A stretch of DNA of 64,000 nt, from positions 215,636,001 through 215,700,000 of the forward strand of contig NC_091288.1 of assembly GCF_032444005.1 (NCBI RefSeq), written 5' to 3'. Below, piece by piece: positions 45,990-58,849 of this stretch (the stretch's first letter is position 1; each line of letters starts with the position of its first letter). The DNA comes from Ranitomeya imitator. Lineage: Eukaryota. The notes under the pieces are model-generated. The model was given only the letters and a program-made list of their open reading frames with translations. It had not been told where the DNA came from and made no database searches. The position numbers and the translations under genes were made by a program.

Positions 45990-48900
45990 ATGTATTGTGC
46001 GAAGATGGGGGGGTTTAACATGACGAATGCTTCTTCATCTCCGTGGCAGATCATTACTGAATACTACCCGGGTCGCACTTTGGGGAACATCAACAATGGA
46101 ATCCAGAGAGTCCTCCTGCAAGTTTTCGGGATGCTCGGTCATGGGAAATCGTCGCTCATTAATTCTTGCCTGTGTGTAATGAAGGGCGAAGGATACAACA
46201 CGGCGCCTTATGGCTCAAATCACGGAGGAATGACGATGGAGAGAAAGGAATTTGAACTGACAAACCATTTGGTGATGATCGATAACCGGGGGTTCAACAA
46301 GCTGAATCCAACGGAGGTGCTAGAGATGCGAGCCCAGTTCAGTGAGTATTCAGAAAGCGCCTAAAAGGGGTTAGGTGGCACCTCTCACATCCGCATCTGG
46401 AGGTGATACATGTTATACATGTCACATCTATAACTGGCAGGTATGTGCAGACGTCATGTCACCGTCACCACTAACTTCTACATCTGGAGGTGAGTAGTAT
46501 GGATCATGTCACATCTATAACTGGCAGGTATGTGCTGACGTCATATCATCGTCACCACTCACAGCCGCATCTGGAGGTGAGCAGCACGGGTCATGTCACA
46601 TATATAACTGTGTTGTGAATTCTGTGGCAGAGCTCCCTCCTGTGGTCACAAGTGGTACTTCGGCTGATTCTCTCTGGGAGCTTCCGTTTGTGGAGGAAAG
46701 TGGTACAGCGGCTTCTGAGTTTCCTCCCTCAGGTGATCTGGTGAGGTCGTTAGGTGCTTCTCTACTTAACTCCACCTAATGCTTTGATCCTGGCTTCCTG
46801 TCAATGTTCCAGTGTTGGACTTGCTTTTCCCTGGATCATTCCTGTGGCCTGCTGCTCTGCATAGCTAAGTTCTTCTTTGCTATTTGTTTGCTATTTTTTC
46901 TGTCCAGCTTGTCTAATTTGTTGCTGGAAGCTCTGGGACGCAAAGGGTGTACCTCCGTGCCGTTAGTTCGGTACGGAGGGTCTTTTTGCCCCCTTTGCGT
47001 GGTTTTCTTTAGGGTTTTGTGTAGACCGCAAAGTTACCTTTGCTATCCTCGCTCTGTTAAGAAAGTCGGGCCTCACTTTGCTGAATCTATTTCATCTCTA
47101 CGTTTGTCTTTTCATCTTAACTCACAGTCATTATATGTGGGGGGCTGCCTTTTCTTTTGGGGTATTTCTCTGAGGCAAGGTAGGCTTATTATCTATCTTC
47201 AGGCTAGTTAGTTTCTCAGGCTGTGCCGAGTTGCATAGGCAGAGTTAGGCGCAATCCACGGCTGCCTCTAGTGTTGTTTGGAGAGGATTAGGGATTGCGG
47301 TCTGCAGAGTTCCCACGTCTCAGAGTTCGTTCTATGATTTTGGGTTATTGTCAGATCACTGTATGTGCTCTGACCGCTATGTCCATTGTGGTACTGAATT
47401 GCCTTTCATAACAGTACAGGAAGCCAAAAGTACTAATGATTCTCAATAGAGGGAAAAAAGAAGTTCTGAGACCATTTTTTTTTTCTTTACACTGTGTTTT
47501 GCCTTTTTTTCCCCCTAGACATTTGGGTGGTTCAGTACACAGGTGTGGTGATGGACATTAGAAGTCTGTCTTCATTTGTGGATCAGCTTGACATCTTCCG
47601 AGAGTACCTGGATAAATTCCTGATTGTGTACTTGGATGACATTTTGATCCTCTCGTACGATTGGGAGTCTCATGTGAAGCAGGTCAGAACAGTTTTTCAG
47701 GTCCTGCGTGCTAATTCTTTGTTTGTGAAGGGATCAAAGTGTCTCTTTGGTGTGCAGAAGGTTTCATTTTTGGGGTTCATCTTTTCCCCTTCTACTATCG
47801 AGATGGATCCTGTTAAGGTCCAAGCCATCCATGATTGGACTCAGCCGACATCTCTGAAAAGTCTGCAAAAGTTCCTGGGCTTTGCTAATTTTTATCGTCG
47901 CTTCATCTGCAATTTTTCTAGTATTGCCAAACCATTGACCGATTTGACCAAGAAGGGTGCTGATTTGGTCAATTGGTCTTCTGCTGCTGTGGAAGCTTTT
48001 CAAGAGTTGAAGCGTCGTTTTTCTTCTGCCCCTGTGTTGTGTCAACCAGATGTTTCTCTTCCGTTCCAGGTCGAGGTTGATGCTTCTGAGATTGGAGCAG
48101 GGGCTGTTTTGTCGCAGAGAGCTTCTGATTGCTCAGTGATGAAACCATGCGCTTTTTTTTCCAGGAAGTTTTCGCCTGCTGAGCGAAATTATGATGTAGG
48201 CAACCGAGAGTTGCTGGCCATGAAGTGGGCATTCGAGGAGTGGCATCATTGGCTTGAAGGAGCTAAGCATCGCGTGGTGGTATTGACTGATCATAAGAAC
48301 TTGACTTATCTTGAGTCTGCTAAGCGGTTGAATCCTAGACAGGCTCGTTGGTCGCTGTTTTTTGCCCGTTTTGACTTTGTGATTTAGTACCTTCCGGGCT
48401 CTAAAAATGTGAAGGCGGATGCTCTGTCTAGGAGTTTTGTGCCAGACTCTCCGGGTTTGTCTGAGCCGGCGGGTATCCTCAAGGAAGGAGTAATTGTGTC
48501 TGCCATCTCCCCTGATTTGCGGCGGGTGCTGCAAAAATTTCAGGTTAATAAACCGGATCGTTGTCCAGCGGAGAGACTGTTTGTCCCTGATAGGTGGACC
48601 AATAAAGTTATCTCTGAGGTTCATTGTTCGGTGTTGGCTGGTCATCCTGGAATCTTTGGTACCAGAGAGTTAGTGGCTAGATCCTTTTGGTGGCTGTCTC
48701 TGTCGCGGGATGTGCGTGCTTTTGTGCAGTCCTGTGGGATTTGTGCTCGGGCTAAGCCCTGCTGTTCTCGTGCCAGTGGGTTGCTTTTGCCCTTGCCGGT
48801 CCCGAAGAGGCCTTGGACACATATCTCTATGGATTTTATTTCTGATCTTCCCGTTTCTCAAAAGATGTCAGTCATTTGGGTGGTCTGTGATCGCTTTTCT

Positions 48901-51900
48901 AAGATGGTCCATCTGGTACCCTTGTCTAAATTGCCTTCCTCCTCTGATTTGGTGCCATTGTTCTTCCAGCATGTGGTTCGTTTACATGGCATTCCAGAGA
49001 ATATCGTTTCTGACAGAGGTTCCCAGTTTGTTTGAAGGTTTTGGCGAGCCTTTTGTGGTAGGATGGGCATTGACTTGTATTTTTCCTCGGCTTTCCATCC
49101 TCAGTCTAATGGCCAGACCGAACGAACCAATCAGACCTTGGAAACATATCTGAGATGCTTTGTTTCTGCCGATCAGGATGACTGGGTGTCCTTTTTGCCT
49201 TTGGCTGAGTTCGCCCTTAATAATCGGGCCTGCTCGGCTACCTTGGTTTCGCCATTTTTCTGCAATTCTGGGTTCCATCCTCGTTTCTCTTCAGGACAGG
49301 TTGAGTCTTCGGACTGTCCTGGTGTGGATACTGTGGTGGACAGGTTGCAGCAGATTTGGACTCATGTAGTGGACAATTTGACCTTGTCCCAGGAGAAGGC
49401 TCAACGTTTCGCTAATCGCAGACGCCGTGTGGGTCCCCGACTTCGTGTTGGGGATCTGGTTTGGTTATCTTCTCGTCATATTCCTATGAAGGTTTCCTCT
49501 CCTAAGTTTAAACCTGGTTTCATTGGTCCGTATAGGATTTCTGAGGTTCTTAATCCTGTGTCTTTTCGTCTGACCCTTCCAGATTCTTTTTCCATACATA
49601 ACGTATTCCATAGGTCATTGTTGCGGAGATACGTGGCACCTATGGTTCCATCTGTTGATCCTCCTGCCCCGGTTTTGGTGGAGGGGGAATTGGAGTATAT
49701 TGTGGAGAAGATTTTGGATTCTCGTGTTTCTAGACGGAAACTCCAGTATCTGGTTAAATGGAAGGGTTATGCTCAGGAAGATAATTCCTAGGTTTTTGCC
49801 TCTGATGTCCATGCTCCCGATCTTGTTCGTGCCTTTCATGTGGCTCATCCTGGTCGGCCTGGGGGCTCTGGTGAGGGTTCGGTGACCCCTCCTCAAGGGG
49901 GGGGGGGTACTGTTGTGAATTCTGTGGCATAGCTCCCTCCTGTGGTCGCAAGTGGTACTTCGGCTGATTCTCTCTGTGAGCTTCTGTTGGTGGAGGGAAG
50001 TAGTACTGCGGCTTCTGAGTTTCCTCCCTCAGGTGATCTGGTGAGGTCGTTAGCTGCTTCTCTACTTAACTCCACCTAATGCTTTGATCCTGGCTTCCTG
50101 TCAATGTTCCAGTGTTGGACTTGCTTTTCCCTGGATCATTCCTGTGGCCTGCTGCTCTGCATAGCTAAGTTCTTCTTTGCTATTTTTTCTGTCCAGCTTG
50201 TCTAATTTGTTGCTGGAAGCTCTGGGACGCAAAGGGTGTACCTCCGTGCCGTTAGTTCGGTACGGAGGGTCTTTTTGCCCCCTTTGCGTGGTTTTCTTTA
50301 GGGTTTTGTGTAGACCGCAAAGTTACCTTTGCTATCCTCGCTCTGTTAAGAAAGTCGGGCCTCACTTTGCTGAATCTATTTCATCTCTACGTTTGTCTTT
50401 TCATCTTAACTCACAGTCATTATATGTGGGGGGCTGCCTTTTCCTTTGGGGTATTTCTCTGCGGCAAGGTAGGCTTATTTTCTATCTTCAGGCTAGTTAA
50501 TTTCTCAGGCTGTGCCGAGTTGCATAGGCAGAGTTAGGCGCAATCCACGGCTGCCTCTAGTGTTGTTTGGAGAGGATTAGGGATTGCGGTCTGCAGAGTT
50601 CACACGTCTCAGAGCTCGTTCTATGATTTTGGGTTATTGTCAGATCACTGTATGTGCTCTGACCGCTATGTCCATTGTGGTACTGAATTGCCTTTCACAA
50701 CATAACTGGCAGGTATGTGCAGACGTCATGTCATCGTAAACACTCACAGCCGCATCTGGAGGTGAGCAGCACGGGTCATATCACATCTATAACTGGCAGG
50801 TATGTGCTGACGTCATGTCATCATCATCACTCACTTCTACGCCTGGAGGTGAGCAGCACGAATTATGTCACATCTATAACTGGCAGGTATGTGCAGACGT
50901 CATGTCATCGTCACCACTCACTCCTACATCTGGAGGTGAGCAGTACCGATCATGTCACATCTATAACTGGCAGGTATGTGCAGACATCATACTATCTTCA
51001 CCACTCACTTCTACATCTGGAGGTGAGCAGTACCGATCATGTCACATGTATAACTGGCAGGTATGTGCTGACGTCATGTCACCGTCACCACTCACTCCTA
51101 CATCTGGAGGTGAGCAGCACAGGTCATGTCACATGTATAACTGGCAGGTATGTGCAGACCTCATGTCATCAACATCACTCCTACATCTGGAGGTGAGCAG
51201 AACCGATCATGTCACATCTATAACTGGCAGGTATGTGCAGACGTCATGTCATCAACACCACTCACTTCTACATCTGGAGGTGAGCAGAACCGATCATGTC
51301 ACATCTATAACTGGCAGGTATGTGCAGACGTCATGTCATCTTCACCACTCACTTCTACATCTGGAGGTGAGCAGAACCGATCATGTCACATATATAACTG
51401 GCAGGTATGTGCAGACGTCATGTCATCAACACCACTCCTACATCTGGAGGTGAGCAGCACAGGTCATGTCACATGTATAACTGGCAGGTATGTGCAGACC
51501 TCATGTCATCAACACCACTCCTACATCTGGAGGTGAGCAGAACCGATCATGTCACATCTATAACTGGCAGGTATGTGCAGACGTCATGTCATCAACACCA
51601 CTCACTTCTACATCTGGAGGTGAGCAGAACCGATCATGTCACATCTATAAATGGCAGGTATGTGCAGAAGTCATGTCATCAACACCACTCCTACATCTGG
51701 AGGTGAGCAGCACAGGTCATGTCACATGTATAACTGGCAGGTATGTGCAGACCTCATGTCATCAACACCACTCACTTCTACATCTGTACTGCTGATGTCA
51801 TATGCACAATCGTCAGGTAAATGAAGCAGAAACTCTCTAAAGTCCTCCTAAAAAATTCTGTGTTTTCCCCCAGTTTCCACTCCAAAAACTCTGCAAAAAG

Positions 51901-54900
51901 GCTCACACCCTTAGTCTATGTGCAAACTGATTTTTTTTTTACGCAATCGAAAATGTCAAGTTTTCCTGTGTAAACAATTTTCGAAAACTCAAACAGGGAA
52001 ATAGGTACCGCGCTAGAATTATGGCCCAAACCAATATTGTTCACAACTGTCCCTCGTGGTAATATATCACAATCAAGGCTGCTAAGTCATAACTTCATAG
52101 ACAATCTAATAAAGGAAGCAGCTGTAAAGCACCACTGTAATGCTGCGTATAAGTAACACTAAATGACTTATGGACTATGTTTGGACAGCCCCTAAATACA
52201 AATGTACATAGGTGTTAGCACTAGATAGTACCGCGGTTATCCCAAATGCCTGCGTATAGTGACTATGCCCTTGATTTCACTGCCAATGCCACATAAACTT
52301 CTAGGCAAAATGTCTGCAGCAGAGCCAGTGTTTTACCTACTTGGCAACAAGTCAGGTCAGGCATTCGGACCTTGTGTCTTCTTCATAAAGCCCAGGTAGT
52401 GCGCAAATGGTCGTATTCCTCACTCCAGAGTCTGTACGATGAGTGCACAGAGCCGTGCAGTGCCAGAGACGCCCCGGCTGGCGCTACCGCTGGATTCTCG
52501 GAGAAAAAAAGGCGGGGAGGAGCGGCCGCTTACAGCGTGTGATGTCACTAGGCAAAGGAGCTTCGCTGGAGCCCTAAAATATATTTCCTATAAATATCGG
52601 ATCGATGCATACCCCGATATTGATTACTGACCACTGGCCCCGAAGGTCTGAGATAATTCGTTTGAACAGAGGAAGCTGATTCCTTTGAACAGAGGAAGCC
52701 CCTGTACTTTTCCGCCTCCGATTATAGGAATCCTAGGCTTGTTGGCTGGTTCTCATCAAATTACCTATTCACAGCAGGAGATCTTACTTCAAGGAGGGTT
52801 GAAGTCTCAGCTCTTTCTCACTTCCCCAGTTTTAGCTAATCCCTTATGTTCAATGTGAGGCTATGTGCACACGTACAGTTTTTTTCACGTTTTTTCGCGC
52901 TGAAAACGCTATAAAAACTCATTAAAAACGCATACATTATGCATTCTATCATTTAGAATGCATTCTGCATGTTTTGTGCACATGGATGCGTTTTTTTCCC
53001 GCGAAAAAAACGCATTGCGGTAAAAAATGAGCATGTTCATTATTTTTGCGGATTTTCTGCGTTTTTCCTCGCAATTCTATGCATTTGGGGAAAAAACGCG
53101 TCAAAATCGCGGTAAAAACGCATGCGGATTTCTGGCAGAAATGTCCGTTTTTTGTCAGGAAAATTTCTGCAAGAAATCCTGACGTGTGCACATACCCTAA
53201 GGGTATGTGTCCACGTTCAGGATTGCATCAGTATTTGGTCAGTATTTTACATCAGTATTTGTAGCCAAAACCAGGAGTGGAACAATTAGAGGAAAAGTAT
53301 AATATAAACATATGCTCCACTTCTGCATTTATCACCCACTCCTGGTTTTGGCTACAAATACTGATGAAAAATCCTAACCAAATCATGATGCAATCCTGAA
53401 CGTGGACACATACCCTTAGGGTAATACCTGAGGGTAATTTGTCCACTCTCCAGAGATTTCTTTGTGGATTTTACAATATTTTTCTCTACAGCATGGAGTT
53501 TTTGGAGGAAATGTTAGATTTCTGAAGCGGTTTTGAAAAGATTATAGTTTTCCTGAAGTGTTTTTGCAGCTTTTTAATTGGGCAGTGCCTAGTTTGAGGC
53601 TACTTCAAAGAAGTGACCTGCAGTTCCTATTTTTCTATTTTCCCAATGGACATTTTTCCAAACCTAAAGTGGAAAAAAAAACACTCAAAAGAATGAACAT
53701 GTGACCAGAAAAAGTGGTTGTACTATAGAAACCTATGGAGCTTTTCGAGCAGAAACTGATAGGAAACTTTGAGTTTGTGCTCAGATTCTGCTCCAAAAAC
53801 TCAACAATTTTTGAGTGATTTTTCAGACATGATTTTGGATTCTTAAAAAACTCTGTGACCACATCATTGTGAACTGTCAAATTTGCTTGTGAATTTCTTA
53901 TGTCCACATCATTGCTAGTAGGCCTTGTATTCAGGGAGGCCCCAGTAACATATAGAGAAGCTAAAGACCAGCTCTGCAATAAGACGGTTATTGGACAGTG
54001 GCCGATAACTCGTCACACACGTAGAAAAAAGTTATTAGTCCGACCTCACCTGTCTATTCTCCCATTAGGGCATCTTCGGGAATTTGGGAAAGTGACCTGG
54101 ACTGGAATATCCATAAGAGAAGCTTACAGAGTGTATAATGAAGAGGAACGAAGAGAACCCACAGATCTCGTCGTCCCTGTGTTTGTACATAGGTAAGTTT
54201 TTTTTTTTGTTTGTTTTTTTGCAATAATCAAATTTTTTTACTTTTATTTTTTTGCTCAATGAGCGGAGACATAGTGAATATCCAGGATATTCCCACACTA
54301 TAAGAACCAGGCGAGAATCACAGACCAGGATTTTGTTATTATTATTACACATTTTTAAAGCCGCTGTTCACACTTTTCCGGTTCAGATTTAAATGTGTCA
54401 TTAGAAAATAATTGACTGTCAGGGTTTTGTGTTTCATTTATTTTTTTTAACATTTCTGGCAATTCATTTTTATTATTACTATAATGCAAAAATTTGTATC
54501 CTTGCAATTTTCACACTGGCTGCTGGGGCAATTTTAGAATGATACTTATTGACTTTTCAGCAGACTAATTGTCATTAAAGGCAAGATTACAATGGCAGGT
54601 AACACCTTTATACACAGGATCCACCAATCACAATAGGCGATGTTACAGCTGATGCTTCACAATGAACTTTGCACTTGCTCATTAGATGCTTTAATACAAA
54701 AGATAGGGGCGGAGTCTATTCCTTGCTGCTAATGTAAATGTGCATTTCCTGAAACAGCAGGAAGGTAGAGAATAAAAAAAGTCCCAGTGGCCGGTGCGAG
54801 AACTGCAAGATTTCTACTTGAAATATATATAAGATTTAGCACAAATATATATATATTTTTAACAATAGGGGTAGGCCATTTCCTAATTATAAATTCCCTT

Positions 54901-56858
54901 TAAGTTGCATTTAAACGGGATCATTTTGGCTCATAACGAGCCCCAGCAGACTACAGTATATACGTACTGATTAGCACTTATTGGCAGAGGAGAAATTATG
55001 GGAACATATTGGAACCTAATATGATCATTCTGCGCTCATATAGCACCATTTTATCAGCAGCACATCCTCTATGTATACCAATAATCATGATTTTTATGCC
55101 ACATAAACCATCCAATCACCTGATAAACGAGCGTTTTGACCTTTTCATCAGGTGATCGCTGACTTGATCAATGATCAGGAACTAGCGCTCTTACGAAAGC
55201 TGGTTTGGCAATTGTAGTCTCAGGTTGTCGCACCTTTAGTTCTGTTTTACGCCGTTCTCGCACTCATCCCGCAATGTTCTCGTGCTGCAGACGCCTTTCC
55301 TGAATTACGGTTATTTATGAGAAGTGATTCTCTCCTCGGTTATTTTTTTTAGCATATTTTACTTTGATTGAACAGAATGTGTCTGAAAGGAAACATTTTA
55401 TTTCAGCTGCAAAACGGTCTGGGATGAAAATGTTGAGAAGTTACTAGCAGACGTTTACAGCATCACGGGTAGGTGATCACATTGCGGCTTTTGGTTAGAC
55501 CTTCTTAGTAGATGGAGTGACGGTCAATATCACAGGTAGGTGTCCGAAACTTGATGATTCCATACAACATGGCTGCCAGAATGCAACATTGTACTACATA
55601 CCTCATTTCCAACTCCTCATATATCTAGGATTACTTCTTCATAACCAGTAGGGTCTATATTCATAGGAATACCTATAACCATGGAATAATTTTTTTTCCT
55701 GGTGATTTCTTTGTAGTTTTGATCCTTTTCTGAGATAGGAAGTAGCTGGCTGATATCTACCGCTGTCAGCCATATAAACTTTTTATTTTAGCGGCCGTCT
55801 TCGGCTCGGTCTCGAACCATGGCGACTTTATAAAAGAAGAATCTGTAGGAAGATCGATCTTGTGCAGCCTAGATAGGTCCACCAGGGTCTTCTCCGCTGT
55901 TATCTTGATAGTTTTCAGCCATCGGATTGCTGGTGTTCCTCTTCGCCTTGCTCCTTCTAATCTTCTGACCATGATGTCCTTCTCCAGTGATTATGCTATA
56001 AGCTACAAGGACAAATTCCTCTGTCACTCGGCCACCCAGAAGTTCCTCTCTGTTCCTTTCTTCAATTCTGCCTGGCAGTCAAGCAGTGATAAAACTACCC
56101 GCTTCCTATGAAGCCCTGCCAAAGAACAGGAGAGGTGCTGTCTGGGGGAAAAAAAGATCTTGACAGAGGGAGGAAGTAGCTAACTTCTTGTCCTACTGGT
56201 TCTCAAGAGAAAAATAAACAGAAATAACTGTATTGGAAGGGCGTAAAACAACGGGACCTTTATTGGGGGGGTGTAGTATGCAGACATTGACCCCATATCA
56301 TAACCTAGAGGTCCAAGTCCATCACGATTGCTAGTTAGTGAGTCTAGAACAAGAAATATTTTTCATTTTGTCTTTTCTTCCTTTCATTGGTTTCCCAATT
56401 ATTTGTTCATCCCAGTAATTTACCTGATCTCCATGGAGGGTAGGATGGTCCCAATAATCTTTGTAGATTTCATATTTTTACTTTTCTTGAAGACAGATCC
56501 ATTCCACTATGAGATTTTTTTTGTACTTACAGGAATTCACCCAATCATTGTCATCACACACTACTCGTCCTCCAAGTACTCTGGAAAATGTATCGAAAAG
56601 TTGAAAAAGTTAAAGTCAACTCACTTTATCATATTGGAAAACTACACTGAGAAAAACTCAAAACCAAACCCCGAAACTGAGGGCAAAATCGTGGAGTTCC
56701 TACAGATGTGCATTAATGAAGCAGAGTCCAGAATTAAAAAGATGTCGGAAGAAGATCTATCTCGGAGAATAGTTCAACAGACAACTCAGCAGGTTAATGA
56801 GGAGGCAGCAAGACTGAAGGAATCACGTGATCGACTGCAGAAAGTTCTGATGAAATAG
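45990..56858 (+). CDS. IFI44/IFI44L-like P-loop GTPase without a TLDc domain, copy B (287 aa, 4 exons)
   Basis: Exons 45990-46341, 54069-54192, 55407-55468 and 56533-56858 (864 nt, phases consistent); G1 GMLGHGKS, G3 DNRG; paralogous to copy A throughout. Confidence 0.82.
46611..50702 (+). mobile_element. Ty3/Gypsy chromovirus-type LTR retrotransposon, internally deleted
   Basis: LTRs 46611-47413 and 49911-50702 (TGTTGTGAA...TTCAyAACA); TAACTG duplicated on both sides; G-rich PPT before the 3' LTR; pol remnants YLDDILI (RT), EVDAS / TDHKNL (RNase H), GHPG..C..C and SDRG (integrase), EYIVEKILDSR..YLVKWKGY (chromodomain). Confidence 0.95.
47551..49791 (+). pseudogene. Defective gag/pol fusion of the Gypsy element
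   Basis: Gag-like start MDIRSLSSFVDQL joined in frame to mid-RT DIFREYLDKF; in-frame stops at 48385-48387, 49033-49035 and 49789-49791. Confidence 0.85.
52858..53428. mobile_element. Two adjacent PIF/Harbinger-type MITEs plus a 10-bp remnant (copy B only)
   Basis: TGA|GGCTATGTGCACACG...CGTGTGCACATACCC(53197)|TAA|GGGTATGTGTCCACG...CGTGGACACATACCC(53415)|TTA|GGGTAATACC|TGA; empty site AATGTGAGGGT at ~33300. Confidence 0.85.
55766..56010 (-). mobile_element. RTE-clade LINE 3' fragment (duplicate of 37249-37490)
   Basis: Same translation with few substitutions. Confidence 0.75.
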
Positions 56859-57570
56859 AGAAGTTCTGAAGGAACAGGTTATAAACCCGAGAAGCTAAGA
56901 TAGCGGAAAAAAAGGACATTGAGCTTTTGCCTGTTGCAAGTGAGGCTTTATTTGTAGCTCACTGTGGTGATACTTTCCTCGTCTTTTTCGCCAATTGTAA
57001 CTTTTGCATCTTTTCTTTGCAAAAAAAATAAAAATAAAACTAAACATTCACTTTTGGCCGAGATTTGTAGCCTTTAATACTTTTCTTGGAGAGCATATCT
57101 TCTTTTCGACGCGACGCCACCAGCTAGGTCCTGTTCAGGTTTGTTTGTTTTTTTTCACTGCTAGACGTTTACATTTGTATGTCACAAAAAAGGTGTTCAA
57201 ACGTAATCATTGGCACAAAGGTGGTTAAAAAATGATTACCTTCGACTAGGTTTGATTTAGACATGTTTTTTTTAGAGAACATGCACCAAATGCACCAGCC
57301 ATGCATTATTCTCAGGGTCTATGTTCAGGAGAGCACCGCTCCTCTGCCTCCTGCTTGCCGGGAGTCAGTGGGCTCCTGATGACCGACAGTTTGGCTATAC
57401 GGCAAGGTTGAGCCGTTTGTCCAAACGGTGCACCCTCCCATGCTGCAAGGAAACCCCTTTAACTGTCTATGGCATATTTCCCTGGTGTTACATCACACAT
57501 GTTCTTTGTCGCTTGGCAGAGCCGTCTGCATTGATATAATGGGAATTTCCTTGCTGTAGTTTCCCCTTAA

Positions 57571-57888
57571 AGGGACACTGTCACCTGAATTTGGAGGGAA
57601 CAATCTTCAGCCATGGAGGCGGGATTTTTGGGTGTTTGATTCACCCTTTCCTTACCCGCTGGCTGCAATATTGGATTGAAGTTCATTCTCTGTCCTCCGT
57701 AGTACACGCCTGCACAAGGCAATCTTGCCTTGTGCAGGCGTGTACTACGGAGGACAGAGAATGAACTTCAATCCAATAATTGCAGCCAGCATGCAGCCAG
57801 CTGGTAGGGAAAGGGTGAATCAAACACCCCAAAACCCCGCCTCCATGGCTGAAGATTGTTCCCTCCAAATTCAGGTGACAGTGTCACT
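57571..57888. mobile_element. TTAA-targeting palindromic MITE (T2/Kolobok type; copy B only)
   Basis: TTAA|AGGGACACTGTCACCTGAATTTGGAGGG...CCCTCCAAATTCAGGTGACAGTGTCACT|TTAA; empty site CCCTTAAGTCCAGG at ~39060. Confidence 0.88.
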
Positions 57889-58849
57889 TTAAGTCCAGGG
57901 GGAAAATTTCTGCTCTTAATGTATATTTAGTACAGAGAAGCTTCCACTATAATCCCAAATTTTTACAATCCTTGATGGAACTGTACAATGGATGTGACAA
58001 GAGGAATGATATTTAGAAGAACAGATGATGAGCACCTGTAGAACAGAGAAGAAGGGGTAAATGCAGAGGTACCAGATCATTTTCACTTTCGCTCTGGATA
58101 AGTTTCCAGTAAATATATTTGTGGAATTTGTTCTGGGTGTGGTGGCAAGATAAAGGGCGTTATAAAAAAATATCTGCATGTTGCGGTCAGACTTCTACAA
58201 TTCTGTTTCTGGAGAAGCTGGTTGGCCAACAGCACAAAGAATAATAAGCGGAAAAATCCCTACATTTTCTTTATGAATCCAGTAAAAAAATTAATGAAAT
58301 CAGCACTTTGAAGAAGTCGAAGAAGTACAATTTGGCCTTGGTCTCCCTACTGCTGGACCCCACGGCGGTGCCCATCACTCTGATCTCCAGTCTATATATA
58401 TCACTGTTGTAATGTCATTTTCTAATGAAGACTTGTCCGAAATGTAAGATAGTTAAATTCCAAGTCAATCTGTGTCTCAACCAAAAGCAAAACTACAACT
58501 TACAGCAGATCCTGGCAGCCTATGGTTGTACAATATATTAAAGGGAATAACTAAATGAGTGACAGTTAGCTCCTGATGTCTTCTGTGGTGATTATCATCA
58601 GTCAACACTAAATAGGAAGATGATGATGAAACTCATGGTTTACAGGAATCAAATATATAACATTCAGAAGGTAAAAATACATCGAAGGCTATAGCCAAAT
58701 AATACTGCCTGCTGTGCACAAGGATATGATTATACTGACCCCTGTGGACAAATATTGATACTTTCATAATGGACACAGATATAGCTACATTAATAATAAA
58801 AATAATTGCTTATGCCAAAGGAGCAGTTTTAGTCATTATTCTCTTGTAT

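Larger units (their letters stand above)
46390..51790. repeat. 87-bp minisatellite in intron 1 of copy B, split by the Gypsy element
   Basis: Units at 46390-46610 and 50703-51790, some with an 84-bp variant. Confidence 0.9.
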
